In this document: piece after piece, positions 37,882-46,829 of the stretch
Numbering within the stretch: position 1 is the first letter of the stretch
Layout of the letters: the number at the start of each line of letters is the position of its first letter
Source of the DNA: Christensenella sp.
Lineage (GTDB): Bacteria; Bacillota; Clostridia; Christensenellales; Christensenellaceae
DNA: 64,000 bases
Direction: 5' to 3'
Assembly: GCA_034926635.1 (NCBI GenBank)
Contig: JAYFQX010000005.1
Coordinates: forward strand, 70,220 to 134,219
Notes under the pieces: model-generated
Seen by the model: the letters and a program-made list of their open reading frames with translations, nothing else
The model's database searches: none
Told to the model about the DNA's origin: nothing
Translations under genes and position numbers: made by a program

Positions 37882-39369
37882 ATGTCAGAGGTATTCTTGA
37901 AAGTAACAGGAATTAAAAAATCCTTTGGCGGTGTAAAAGCTTTAAAAGGCGTTGATCTCACGATCAACAAAGGCGAAGTCCGGTGTCTTGCAGGGGAAAA
38001 CGGATGCGGAAAATCGACGCTGATTAAAGTAATATCAGGCGCCCACGATGCCGACGAAGGTGAAATCTATATCGACGGGAAAACAATGCGCTCTCTGACG
38101 CCTATGGAGGCGATCAGGATGGGGATCCAGGTGATTTACCAGGATTTTTCGGTTTTTCCGAATATGACTGTTGCAGAAAATATTGCTCTTAACAACGAAC
38201 TCAACGCAGGAAAAAAGACAGTTAACTGGAAAGAAGTGCGCAAAATCGCGCAGCAGGCTATGGATAAGATCGGCGCAAAGATCCCGCTCGACGTTTTGGT
38301 AGAACGGTTGTCCGTAGCAAACAAGCAGATGGTTGCCATTTGCCGTGCGCTTTTAAACGACGCAAAACTCGTCATCATGGACGAGCCGACTACCGCGCTT
38401 ACAGCAAAAGAAGTTGCAAAATTATTTGAAATCATCAGAATGCTGCAATCGCAGGGGATTGCGGTGCTCATTGTTAACCATAAATTAGATGAAGTATATG
38501 ATATCGCGCAAACGCTTACTATTTTGCGGAATGGTGAAAATGTGGCGGATGGTCCGATCAATGAATTCGACCGCGCACGTTTTGTAAAAGACATGACAGG
38601 CCGTGAGATTGAAGACGTTTATTATCGTCCGGAAAAAACAGGAAAGACGATCCTTGAAGTGAAGGATCTCGAACGCAGAGGCGAATTCTCCGATGTTAGC
38701 TTTACGCTGAACGAAGGCGACGTGCTGGGCATCACAGGCTTGCTTGGGTCGGGCCGTGGAGAAATCGGCGAGGCGCTTTTTGGCATTACGCCTCCGACGG
38801 GCGGTCAGATTATTCTGGACGGAAAAGAAATTAAAATTAAAGGCGTTGCCGACGCTATGAAAAATAACATCGGTTATGTTCCGGAAGACCGTTTGACGGA
38901 AGGCTTGTTTTTGGAGATCCCGATCGGCACCAATACGGTTGCGGCTTCCATTAAATCTTACCTGAAAAATGGGAAAATTGATTATAAGGGAATGAAGGAA
39001 GCCATGTGGGAGTGGATCAAAAAGCTTTCCATTGCCGCGCCTTCCCCTGAACCCCCCATTAAGACGCTCTCCGGCGGGAACCAACAAAAGGTTGTTCTTG
39101 CAAAATGGTTGAATACCAACCCGAAGCTGCTGATCTTGAATGGACCGACGGTTGGCGTGGATATCGGTTCCAAAGCGGATATTCATGCGATCCTGCACCA
39201 ATTGGCAAAAGACGGCGTAGGGGTCATCGTGATTTCGGACGACCTGCCTGAGCTTATCCAGAACTGCAACAAGATCGTCATCATGCGCGGCGGGAAACTG
39301 ACTGCAAGCATGGGGACAGAAGATCTGGATGAAACCAAGCTGGCGTCTTTGCTGAGCGAACAGGCGTAA
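37882..39369 (+). CDS. Sugar ABC transporter ATP-binding protein
   Basis: GENGCGKS, MDEPT, LSGGNQQK, NGPTVGVDIGSK. Confidence 0.94.
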   Translation: MSEVFLKVTGIKKSFGGVKALKGVDLTINKGEVRCLAGENGCGKSTLIKVISGAHDADEGEIYIDGKTMRSLTPMEAIRMGIQVIYQDFSVFPNMTVAENIALNNELNAGKKTVNWKEVRKIAQQAMDKIGAKIPLDVLVERLSVANKQMVAICRALLNDAKLVIMDEPTTALTAKEVAKLFEIIRMLQSQGIAVLIVNHKLDEVYDIAQTLTILRNGENVADGPINEFDRARFVKDMTGREIEDVYYRPEKTGKTILEVKDLERRGEFSDVSFTLNEGDVLGITGLLGSGRGEIGEALFGITPPTGGQIILDGKEIKIKGVADAMKNNIGYVPEDRLTEGLFLEIPIGTNTVAASIKSYLKNGKIDYKGMKEAMWEWIKKLSIAAPSPEPPIKTLSGGNQQKVVLAKWLNTNPKLLILNGPTVGVDIGSKADIHAILHQLAKDGVGVIVISDDLPELIQNCNKIVIMRGGKLTASMGTEDLDETKLASLLSEQA

Positions 39370-39384
39370 AGGGGGAGCATAATT

Positions 39385-40389
39385 ATGAATAAAGCAAAAT
39401 TTGGTAAAAGTAATGTGTTCACCAGCAACGAAATGATCGTTGTCTATATCCTTGTAGGTTTATGCCTTTTGATTGGCTGTGTGAACAACGCGTTTTTCAG
39501 CGCGAATACCATTGTCGATACGGCGCGCGCCATGCTGACAATGCTGATGTTTGCCTTGTGTGAAATGATCGTCATCATTTCCGGCGGCATTGATGTATCA
39601 TTTCCGGCGTTTGCATCCTTTGCGATGTATGTAACGACAAAACTAATGCTTGACACCGGTCTTGATAATATTTTTCTCGCGTTTGTTATCGCGGGCGGTA
39701 TCGGCGCGGGGCTTGGTCTCATCAACGCGTTTTTGGTGGGGACCTTCAAGATCCCAACCCTGATCGCAACCCTTGGAACCAGCAGCCTGATCAACGGTGC
39801 GCTGCTTTCGTTTGTGGGTACTAACGAGATCTCGAATCTTCCAACCACCTTGGAAGCGGCATCAAAAACATTTTTGTTCCAGGTGGGATCGGGAGATAAA
39901 GTTTCGTCCATGTCGGTCTTTGTGATCGTGCCGATCGTACTATGTGTTCTGGTATGGTTTTTGCTTCGGTATACCATGCTTGGACGTGCGATCTACGCCA
40001 TTGGCGGCGACCAGAACTCTGCGCGCCGCGCTGGTTTCAGCGTCATTAAAACACAGTATTTTATCTATATTTTTGTCGGCCTGATCGTTGGTATTACGGG
40101 TATGACCTACACGATCCTTTCGCGTAACTCCAACCCGATCAACCTGATGGGCAGCGAGATGATGGTCATCGCGGCTGTCGTATTGGGCGGCGCACGGATT
40201 ACAGGCGGTCACGGAAATGTGATCGGCACTGTGCTTGGTGTCGCGCTGATCAGTATCGTCCAGAATAACCTGATTATGCTGGGCGTACCAACCTATTGGC
40301 AGACATTCGTGATTGGCGTCCTGATTATCGTGGGCTGTTCGATTACATCCATTAAGGCGAAGCGCATCGCGCTCAGCCCGAAGATTTGA
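39385..40389 (+). CDS. Sugar ABC transporter permease 1
   Basis: GGIDVSF, AIGGD..SARRAG, AVVLGG. Confidence 0.92.
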   Translation: MNKAKFGKSNVFTSNEMIVVYILVGLCLLIGCVNNAFFSANTIVDTARAMLTMLMFALCEMIVIISGGIDVSFPAFASFAMYVTTKLMLDTGLDNIFLAFVIAGGIGAGLGLINAFLVGTFKIPTLIATLGTSSLINGALLSFVGTNEISNLPTTLEAASKTFLFQVGSGDKVSSMSVFVIVPIVLCVLVWFLLRYTMLGRAIYAIGGDQNSARRAGFSVIKTQYFIYIFVGLIVGITGMTYTILSRNSNPINLMGSEMMVIAAVVLGGARITGGHGNVIGTVLGVALISIVQNNLIMLGVPTYWQTFVIGVLIIVGCSITSIKAKRIALSPKI

Positions 40390-40403
40390 GGGAGGTGTCA
40401 TTT

Positions 40404-41429
40404 ATGGATAAAAGTATGAAATCTCAGAAAATCAATGTTTTTAAATCCATTGATAAAAATATTTTATGGCTGGCGCTGATTATTATCGGTTTGGTGGTCT
40501 GGATGACGATCGCGGCGCCCGGACGTTTCTGGAAGGGCGCAACGTTCCAGGCGATGGCTTACCAGTTCCCGGAATTCGGCATTATGTCGCTTGGTATGAT
40601 GCTGTGCATGATCGCCGGCGGGATCGACCTTTCCGTTGTCGGGGTCTCTAACCTTGCCGGTATTGTAGCTGCGTTCATCATTAAATCCGCGGGTGCGGAT
40701 CCCAGCATGGGCGTGATCATTGGCGCAATTGTGGCGGCCATCGCGGTCGGCGCTGGCGCTGGCGCATTTAACGGCTTTATGATCGGAAACCTGCGTATCC
40801 CGGCGATGCTGGTTACGCTGTGTGGGCAGCAGATATTCACCGGGCTTGGGATTGCCATTACGCAGGGACCTGCCATCAGCGGGATGCCGGATGCGTTTAA
40901 AGCAATTGCGAACGACCTTGTGTTTGGCGCGGTTCCGGTGCCGTTGTTTATCTTTATTGCAGTTGTTGTGGTGCTGTTTCTTGTATTGCGGTTCACCGTG
41001 TTTGGGCAGCAGCTTTACCTGATGGGCGCAAACCCCACCGCGTCGCAGTATTCAGGTATTAACAACTTTGGCGTTACCATGAAGACGTACATGGCTTCCG
41101 GCATTCTTGCTGCGGTTGCGGGCATTATCGTTTGTTCGCATTACGGTTCAGCAAAGGCAGACTATGGTACATCTTATACGCTGCTTACCCTTTTGATCGT
41201 TATTCTTGGCGGGATTTCGCCGGCAGGCGGCAAAGGGAAATTGGCAGGTGTTGTGCTTTCCATCCTGGTTTTGCAGATTATTTCCAGCGCGTTTAACATC
41301 CTGCGTTTTGACTCCTACCTGAAGACCTTTGTATGGGGGCTTGTCATGATCGGCGTTATGATGATCCAATACGGCTCTGAAGTGAGAGGCGGGCATCCAA
41401 AGAAACTGAAAGTGAGAAAAACGTCATGA
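40404..41429 (+). CDS. Sugar ABC transporter permease 2
   Basis: GGIDLS, MGANPTASQYSG, ILGG; start behind GGAGG. Confidence 0.92.
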   Translation: MDKSMKSQKINVFKSIDKNILWLALIIIGLVVWMTIAAPGRFWKGATFQAMAYQFPEFGIMSLGMMLCMIAGGIDLSVVGVSNLAGIVAAFIIKSAGADPSMGVIIGAIVAAIAVGAGAGAFNGFMIGNLRIPAMLVTLCGQQIFTGLGIAITQGPAISGMPDAFKAIANDLVFGAVPVPLFIFIAVVVVLFLVLRFTVFGQQLYLMGANPTASQYSGINNFGVTMKTYMASGILAAVAGIIVCSHYGSAKADYGTSYTLLTLLIVILGGISPAGGKGKLAGVVLSILVLQIISSAFNILRFDSYLKTFVWGLVMIGVMMIQYGSEVRGGHPKKLKVRKTS

Positions 41430-42436
41430 AAAAAATAATTAACCAACCGGAAAATTTTATTAATGAAATGCTGGAAGGTATTTATGCCGCGCATCCCGAT
41501 ATGGTAGGGTATGCGGGCGAAGACCTTCGCTGTCTTGTTGCAAAGCATAAAAAGGAAGGCAAAGTAGGGATTGCCACAGGCGGCGGCAGCGGGCATCTTC
41601 CGCTCTTCCTCGGTTATGTGGGAGACGGCATGCTGGACGGCTGCTCGATCGGTGATGTCTTCCAGTCTCCAAGTGCAGAGCAGATGTTTGAAGTAACAAA
41701 AGAAATCGATGCGGGCGCGGGTGTGCTTTACATCTATGGAAACTATAACGGTGATATTTTTAATTTTGATATGGCCGCGGAAATGGCTGATTTTGAAGCT
41801 GACATCAAAGTGGAAAGCGTGGTTGCGGGAGAAGACGTCGCTTCGGCGGGTCCGGCGCAGCCCGGCGCGAAAAACACGCGTCGCGGTGTTGCGGGTATTT
41901 TCTTCGTATATAAATGTGCGGGTGCTGCGGCGGATGAAATGCTGCCTTTGGACGAAGTCAAGCGCGTTGCACAAAAGGCGTGCGCAAACGTCCGTACCAT
42001 GGGCGTGGCACTGACACCCTGTATTGTTCCGCGCGTTGGCAAACCGAGCTTTGAGATCGCGGATGATGAGATGGAGATCGGCATGGGAATCCATGGCGAG
42101 CCGGGGATTCGGCGCGGACAGCTCCTGCCTGCGGATGAAATTGTAGAAGAAATGATGGAGCCGATTATTGCGGATATTCCGTATGTCTCCGGCGACGAGG
42201 TTGCGGTTTTGGTCAACGGACTTGGCAGTACACCGCTGGAAGAACAGTACGTTGTGTTCCGTAAGGTAAACGAGATCCTGTCGGCAAAAGGCATTAAGGT
42301 ATATAGGACGTACGTTGGGGAATATGCGACATCGCTTGAAATGGCAGGAATGTCGATTTCTCTGCTCAAGCTGGACGACGAGCTCAAGAGGCTGGTTGAT
42401 CATCCGGCAAATACGCCTTTCTTTAAGCAGGTATAA
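41426..42436 (+). CDS. dhaK: Dihydroxyacetone kinase DhaK-like subunit (variant, possibly a tetrulose kinase)
   Basis: GGGSGH, NY.GD, GMGIHGEPG, LVNGLG, SLEMAG. Confidence 0.9.
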   Translation: MKKIINQPENFINEMLEGIYAAHPDMVGYAGEDLRCLVAKHKKEGKVGIATGGGSGHLPLFLGYVGDGMLDGCSIGDVFQSPSAEQMFEVTKEIDAGAGVLYIYGNYNGDIFNFDMAAEMADFEADIKVESVVAGEDVASAGPAQPGAKNTRRGVAGIFFVYKCAGAAADEMLPLDEVKRVAQKACANVRTMGVALTPCIVPRVGKPSFEIADDEMEIGMGIHGEPGIRRGQLLPADEIVEEMMEPIIADIPYVSGDEVAVLVNGLGSTPLEEQYVVFRKVNEILSAKGIKVYRTYVGEYATSLEMAGMSISLLKLDDELKRLVDHPANTPFFKQV

Positions 42437-42461
42437 CCGGATCAGGAGGTAAGAAAAAACA

Positions 42462-43085
42462 ATGAATCAAAAAGAATTGTTAAACGTACTGGCGTCATGG
42501 AAAAAGATCATGGCTGACCACCGCGATTTTTTGATTGAAATTGATGGCGTGGTAGGCGATGGAGACCTTGGTCTCACCATGAGCGACGGATTTGCGGCGG
42601 CGTATGATACCGCCTCGGAAAAAGATGAGCAGGATCTTGGAAAATTGCTTTATTTCGCAGGTAAAGCCATGTCTACAGCGGTTCCGTCCACAATGGGGAC
42701 GCTGATGGCCTCGGGTCTGATGAATGCGGGCAAGGAGCTCAAAGGCAAGACACAGTTAGATGCGCAAGGCGTTGCGGATTTATTTGAAGCATATTTTAAC
42801 GGCGTAGCAAACCGCGGCGGCGCGAAGGTTGGAGATAAAACCTTTTTAGACGGGCTTTATCCTGCTGTGGAATCACTGAAAAAAGATGCGTCTGCCGGAG
42901 AAGACATAAAGACAATGGCACAAAACGCTAAAAAGGCTGCGGAAGACGGGTTTCATGCAACAAAAGGAATGCTTGCAGTTCATGGACGCGCGGCAACGCG
43001 GGGTGAAGCATCGCGTGAGCTGCTGGATCCGGGTGCTGCAGTAGCAAAGCTTTTGATGGAAGGATTTGCGGACGCGGTCGCGTAA
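42462..43085 (+). CDS. dhaL: Dihydroxyacetone kinase DhaL-like subunit
   Basis: DGVVGDGDLG, GDKTFLD, GRAA, DPGA. Confidence 0.92.
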   Translation: MNQKELLNVLASWKKIMADHRDFLIEIDGVVGDGDLGLTMSDGFAAAYDTASEKDEQDLGKLLYFAGKAMSTAVPSTMGTLMASGLMNAGKELKGKTQLDAQGVADLFEAYFNGVANRGGAKVGDKTFLDGLYPAVESLKKDASAGEDIKTMAQNAKKAAEDGFHATKGMLAVHGRAATRGEASRELLDPGAAVAKLLMEGFADAVA

Positions 43086-43103
43086 GGAAATGCATACAGG
43101 CTT

Positions 43104-43198
43104 TGGAGGGACAGGCATTGATGCCTGCCCTTCCATTTGATAGGGCGCCGGTCTATATGGCTGTGCTTGGGGGGAAGGAGCGCGTGGCTCCTTTCCCC
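43104..43198. other. Two consecutive GC-rich hairpins after dhaL
   Basis: TGGAGGGACAGGCAT-TG-ATGCCTGCCCTTCCA and GGGGAAGGAGC-GCGTG-GCTCCTTTCCCC. Confidence 0.6.
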
Positions 43199-43263
43199 AC
43201 CTTTCCCCTGTTTTTATGGAAACGATCCATAATGGCAGATTTGGGAAGAATAATAGAATATAC

Positions 43264-43300
43264 AATAAAAACGCATTGCAACCGGCAATGCGTTTTTATT
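43264..43300. terminator. Bidirectional intrinsic terminator
   Basis: AATAAAAACGCATTGC-AACCG-GCAATGCGTTTTTATT. Confidence 0.85.
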
Positions 43301-43306
43301 ATACGT

Positions 43307-44308
43307 TTATTTTTTTGGCGGACATGTGCTTTGCCGCTCCACCAGTCTGGAGCCGACCAAAATCTTTACGTTACTGTTGATAGGGCTTTCCTGCATGCGT
43401 TCGCACAGGCGGCGGACGGCCAACTTGCCGATTCTCCTGCGCGGTATGCGCATTGTGGTAAGCGGCGGATCAGAGATCGTACAGTAAGGGATGTCGTCAA
43501 AGCCCATAATGGAGATATCCTCCGGAATTCGAAAGCCTACCTCCTGCAGGGCTTTCATTGCGCCAAGGGCAATTGTATCGTTATCGGCAAACGCGGCAGT
43601 CGGAAAGACCGCACCATCGCCAATATATTTTTTCATGGATTCATAAGCGCCGTCAAGCGTTGGCGTTAATAAAAATCTGTGATCGCATGTGAGGGACAGG
43701 CGCTCACAGCAAGTATAAAAAGCTTCGCTGCGTTCCTTGAAATTAGAGCTTTCGGTTGCACTCTGGAAATAGGCGATTGCTTTATGCCCCAGTTCCGCTA
43801 AATATTTTAAAGCGCAATAAGTTGTTTCCTTGTTATTCATAACCACGCATTCATAAGGCTCGTACGCCAGAATGTTATCCACAACGACCATGGGCTTTTG
43901 GACAAGCTTCAGCTTTGGGTAATCTGCTTCGCTGATTTCCGACCCCAACAAAATAATGCCGTCGGAAGTATCGTTTTGCAGGATCTTCAGGGCTTGTTTA
44001 AAGCCGCCCTTCACTGTTGTGATGATCAGGTTGTACCCCATCTCGCGGCATTCTGCTTCCACGGCGTCAATGATTGCGGAAATAAACCCAGCGTTTCCGT
44101 CTACGACCATGCTATGGTCTTTATATTTCAGGAACCGAATATTTTTCATGGGAACCTTGTTTTTGGGTGGAAGCTTGTAATCATATTCTTTTAAAATACT
44201 TTGAACGCGTTTTCTTGTTTCATCCCCTACGCCGGGCTTGTTGTTTAGTACAAGGGAAATTGTAGCGGGAGAGACGTTCGCAAGACGCGCAATTTCTCGA
44301 ATGGTCAT
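43307..44308 (-). CDS. LacI family transcriptional regulator
   Basis: MTIREIARLANVSPATISLVLN HTH plus sugar-binding domain. Confidence 0.94.
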   Translation of the reverse strand: MTIREIARLANVSPATISLVLNNKPGVGDETRKRVQSILKEYDYKLPPKNKVPMKNIRFLKYKDHSMVVDGNAGFISAIIDAVEAECREMGYNLIITTVKGGFKQALKILQNDTSDGIILLGSEISEADYPKLKLVQKPMVVVDNILAYEPYECVVMNNKETTYCALKYLAELGHKAIAYFQSATESSNFKERSEAFYTCCERLSLTCDHRFLLTPTLDGAYESMKKYIGDGAVFPTAAFADNDTIALGAMKALQEVGFRIPEDISIMGFDDIPYCTISDPPLTTMRIPRRRIGKLAVRRLCERMQESPINSNVKILVGSRLVERQSTCPPKK

Positions 44309-44606
44309 AGAAAACCTGCCTGCTATCCATAGTTTTGTCGCAATTACCGGCACTTGAAGATTTTATAAAAAACTTGCCAGTATTCAACGTTATTATCATA
44401 GCATTTAGTGAACAAAAAAGCAATTGTTTAATAAAAAATAATCGAAAATTTACTAAACAAATAATGTGCTATCCTAATAGACAGGCATTTTTCAGCAAAT
44501 ATAAGGATTGTATGTGTTTAGCGCATATTACCAATCTATAAAAAAGCACAAAGAAAAAAATTCAGACTATAAACACATAACGGCCAAAAACGCCCGGTAA
44601 GCAATG

Positions 44607-45461
44607 TTATTGCATATCCAGCGGCAACTTATGGTTTGGAGCGGGAAATGCGACGTCAATTTGACGTAGATCTTCCGCACTTAAACAAAGCTGCGCTGCT
44701 TGTGCGTTTTCTAAGGTGTGACTTGGGGTTGACGCCTTGGGAATGGCGATTACCTGCTTTTGCGCGAGCAAAAACGCGAGCATCACAGCGAAAACAGTTG
44801 TACTTTTTTCCTGCGCAATGTTGATAAGAGCGGAATTTCTTGCAAGCTGCCTGCGCAGTGAGCCGCCCTGTGCCAGCGGGCAATATGCCATTGCGGGAAT
44901 ACCGCGTTCGCGCATCCAGGGAAGCAGGTCGTATTCAATCCCGCGTGAGCCAACATGGTAAAGCACCTGGTTTGCCGCACACGCTTCACCGCCCGGCGTA
45001 TTCCAAAGCTTTTTCATATCGTGGGTGTCAAAATTAGAAACGCCCCAGTATCGGATCTTGCCCTTGCTTTTCAGTTCCTCCATACATTCGACAGTCTCCC
45101 GCAGGGGCACACTGCCCGGCCAATGTAAAAGATATAAATCAAGGTATTCCGTGTTCATGCGGCGAAGGCTGTTTTCCAGACTGGTAAAAATGTTTGCTCT
45201 TCCGGCGTTCCATGGATAGACTTTGGAAACTAAAAACAGGCTTTCTCTGTCGATCCCTGCGAGGGCCTTTCCGAGCATACGCTCTGCCGCGCCGTCACCA
45301 TACATTTCCGCCGTATCAATCAGTGTCATGCCGTGTTCTATGCCGACGCGGATGCTCGCGATTTCAGCTTCCAGCAAGACGGACTGCTCGCCCATATACC
45401 AAGTTCCCTGCCCGAGTGCGGGAACACGCTCGCCGCCGGGAAGTGTTACAGTTTGTTTCAT
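44607..45461 (-). CDS. yeaE: Aldo/keto reductase, YeaE-like
   Basis: LGQGTWYMGE, IDTAEMY, SKVYPWNAG, SRGIEYDLLPW. Confidence 0.88.
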   Translation of the reverse strand: MKQTVTLPGGERVPALGQGTWYMGEQSVLLEAEIASIRVGIEHGMTLIDTAEMYGDGAAERMLGKALAGIDRESLFLVSKVYPWNAGRANIFTSLENSLRRMNTEYLDLYLLHWPGSVPLRETVECMEELKSKGKIRYWGVSNFDTHDMKKLWNTPGGEACAANQVLYHVGSRGIEYDLLPWMRERGIPAMAYCPLAQGGSLRRQLARNSALINIAQEKSTTVFAVMLAFLLAQKQVIAIPKASTPSHTLENAQAAQLCLSAEDLRQIDVAFPAPNHKLPLDMQ

Positions 45462-45580
45462 GCCGATCCCTCCCTTTTTTGTTTATCTTACCATACCCGC
45501 CGCGTTTTTCAAGCGCTGATTTGACAAATCGACCAGGGGTGCGTATCATAAGACAAAACCAAAGAGAAAGGACACGTTTG

Positions 45581-46366
45581 ATGAAAAAAACAGCAAGGAT
45601 CCTGCGCGCCATACTGGGTATTTTGGGAGCGGCGCTGCTCGTCTATTCAGCGCTGCTGCTGGCGCGAAATAATTTCAACCTTGGAAATGCGCTCCCGGGA
45701 TTGTTGGGATTGCCTCTGTTTTTATACGGTATTTTTGCACCGCGCCTCAATTTATGGTTTTCTCATGGCGTGGGAAAGGCGGTAAAATGGTTTTTTATTT
45801 GCGGATATGTATTTTTGATTGCTGTTTTTAGTATTTTTGGCATCATGATGGGCGCTGCCGCCGGTGAAACGCCCCCGCAGGGCGCAGATGCGGTGATCGT
45901 ACTGGGCGCTGCCCTAAAAGGAAAGCAGCCATCGGATACTTTGGCGCGTCGTCTTGACCTCGCTATGGAATATGCGCGAGAGAATCCCGACGCCGTTATC
46001 TTAGTGAGCGGCGGGCAAGGAGCACAGGAAGAAATCCCGGAATCGCATGCAATGCGCGAATATCTGATTGCCAATGGGGTCGCGAAGGACCGTATTTTGG
46101 TGGAAGATCAATCTACCAGCACGCGGGAAAACTTTGCAAATTCCAAAAAGATTCTTGATCAAATTTTTGGCGCGGGAAATTATATGACGGTATTCGTTAC
46201 AAACGATTATCATGTTCTCCGCGCAAAGATAACAGCCGAAGCAGCGGGCATGACGAATGTGTCTGCGCTGGTCTACAACACGCTGCTTTATACCGCCCCG
46301 CCCGCGTATCTGCGTGAATCCTTGGCGCTGCTGGCAACCTTCACATTTGGTGTGGTATTCGATTGA
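45581..46366 (+). CDS. YdcF/DUF218 family membrane protein
   Basis: IVLGA, VSGGQG..E..PESHAM, EDQSTSTREN, VTNDYH. Confidence 0.9.
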   Translation: MKKTARILRAILGILGAALLVYSALLLARNNFNLGNALPGLLGLPLFLYGIFAPRLNLWFSHGVGKAVKWFFICGYVFLIAVFSIFGIMMGAAAGETPPQGADAVIVLGAALKGKQPSDTLARRLDLAMEYARENPDAVILVSGGQGAQEEIPESHAMREYLIANGVAKDRILVEDQSTSTRENFANSKKILDQIFGAGNYMTVFVTNDYHVLRAKITAEAAGMTNVSALVYNTLLYTAPPAYLRESLALLATFTFGVVFD

Positions 46367-46562
46367 AAAAGCCATAGGATAAGAGAACGCGCGTGATAGA
46401 AGCGCAGTCCGTATATGTGGCGTTAATGCCGCCTATCCGGTAAATTTTACCGTTTTTTTCCTGTGGGGCGCAATTGACAAAGCAACTGCTTTCCATTACC
46501 ATAATAAAGTAGATAAGAAAATGGGGAAATAGGCTTTTGCTTTCCAAAGGGGTCGTCAAAGC

Positions 46563-46829
46563 ATGCAAACATTGGATCAACTAAAACCGGGACAATCCGG
46601 TATGATAGAACAAGTCGGTGGGCAGGGAGCGTTGAGAAGGCGCTTGCTGGAAATGGGTCTTACGCCGGGAACGTCGGTGAGGATTTTAAAAATGGCGCCT
46701 TCAGGCGATCCGCTGGAGATCGCAGTTCGGGGATACCATCTTACGCTCCGGCGAGAAGACGCATCAGAAATTGAAATCAGGGAAAGCGGCAAGGGACGTA
46801 CATACCGTTTCCGCGGAGGAAACGCATGA
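46563..46829 (+). CDS. feoA: Ferrous iron transport protein A
   Basis: RRRLLEMGLTPG, APSGDP. Confidence 0.93.
   Translation: MQTLDQLKPGQSGMIEQVGGQGALRRRLLEMGLTPGTSVRILKMAPSGDPLEIAVRGYHLTLRREDASEIEIRESGKGRTYRFRGGNA

Noticed and set aside
45194-45580. N-terminal 129-aa extension of the YdcF ORF in the track
   Set aside because: Overlaps the opposite-strand AKR gene; an AAAGGA RBS supports a start at 45581 (or TTG 45578)
46367-46562. Possible NiCo/metal riboswitch upstream of feoA
   Set aside because: Conserved riboswitch nucleotides not found; the region is explained by a TTGACA-17-TACCAT promoter with a short leader
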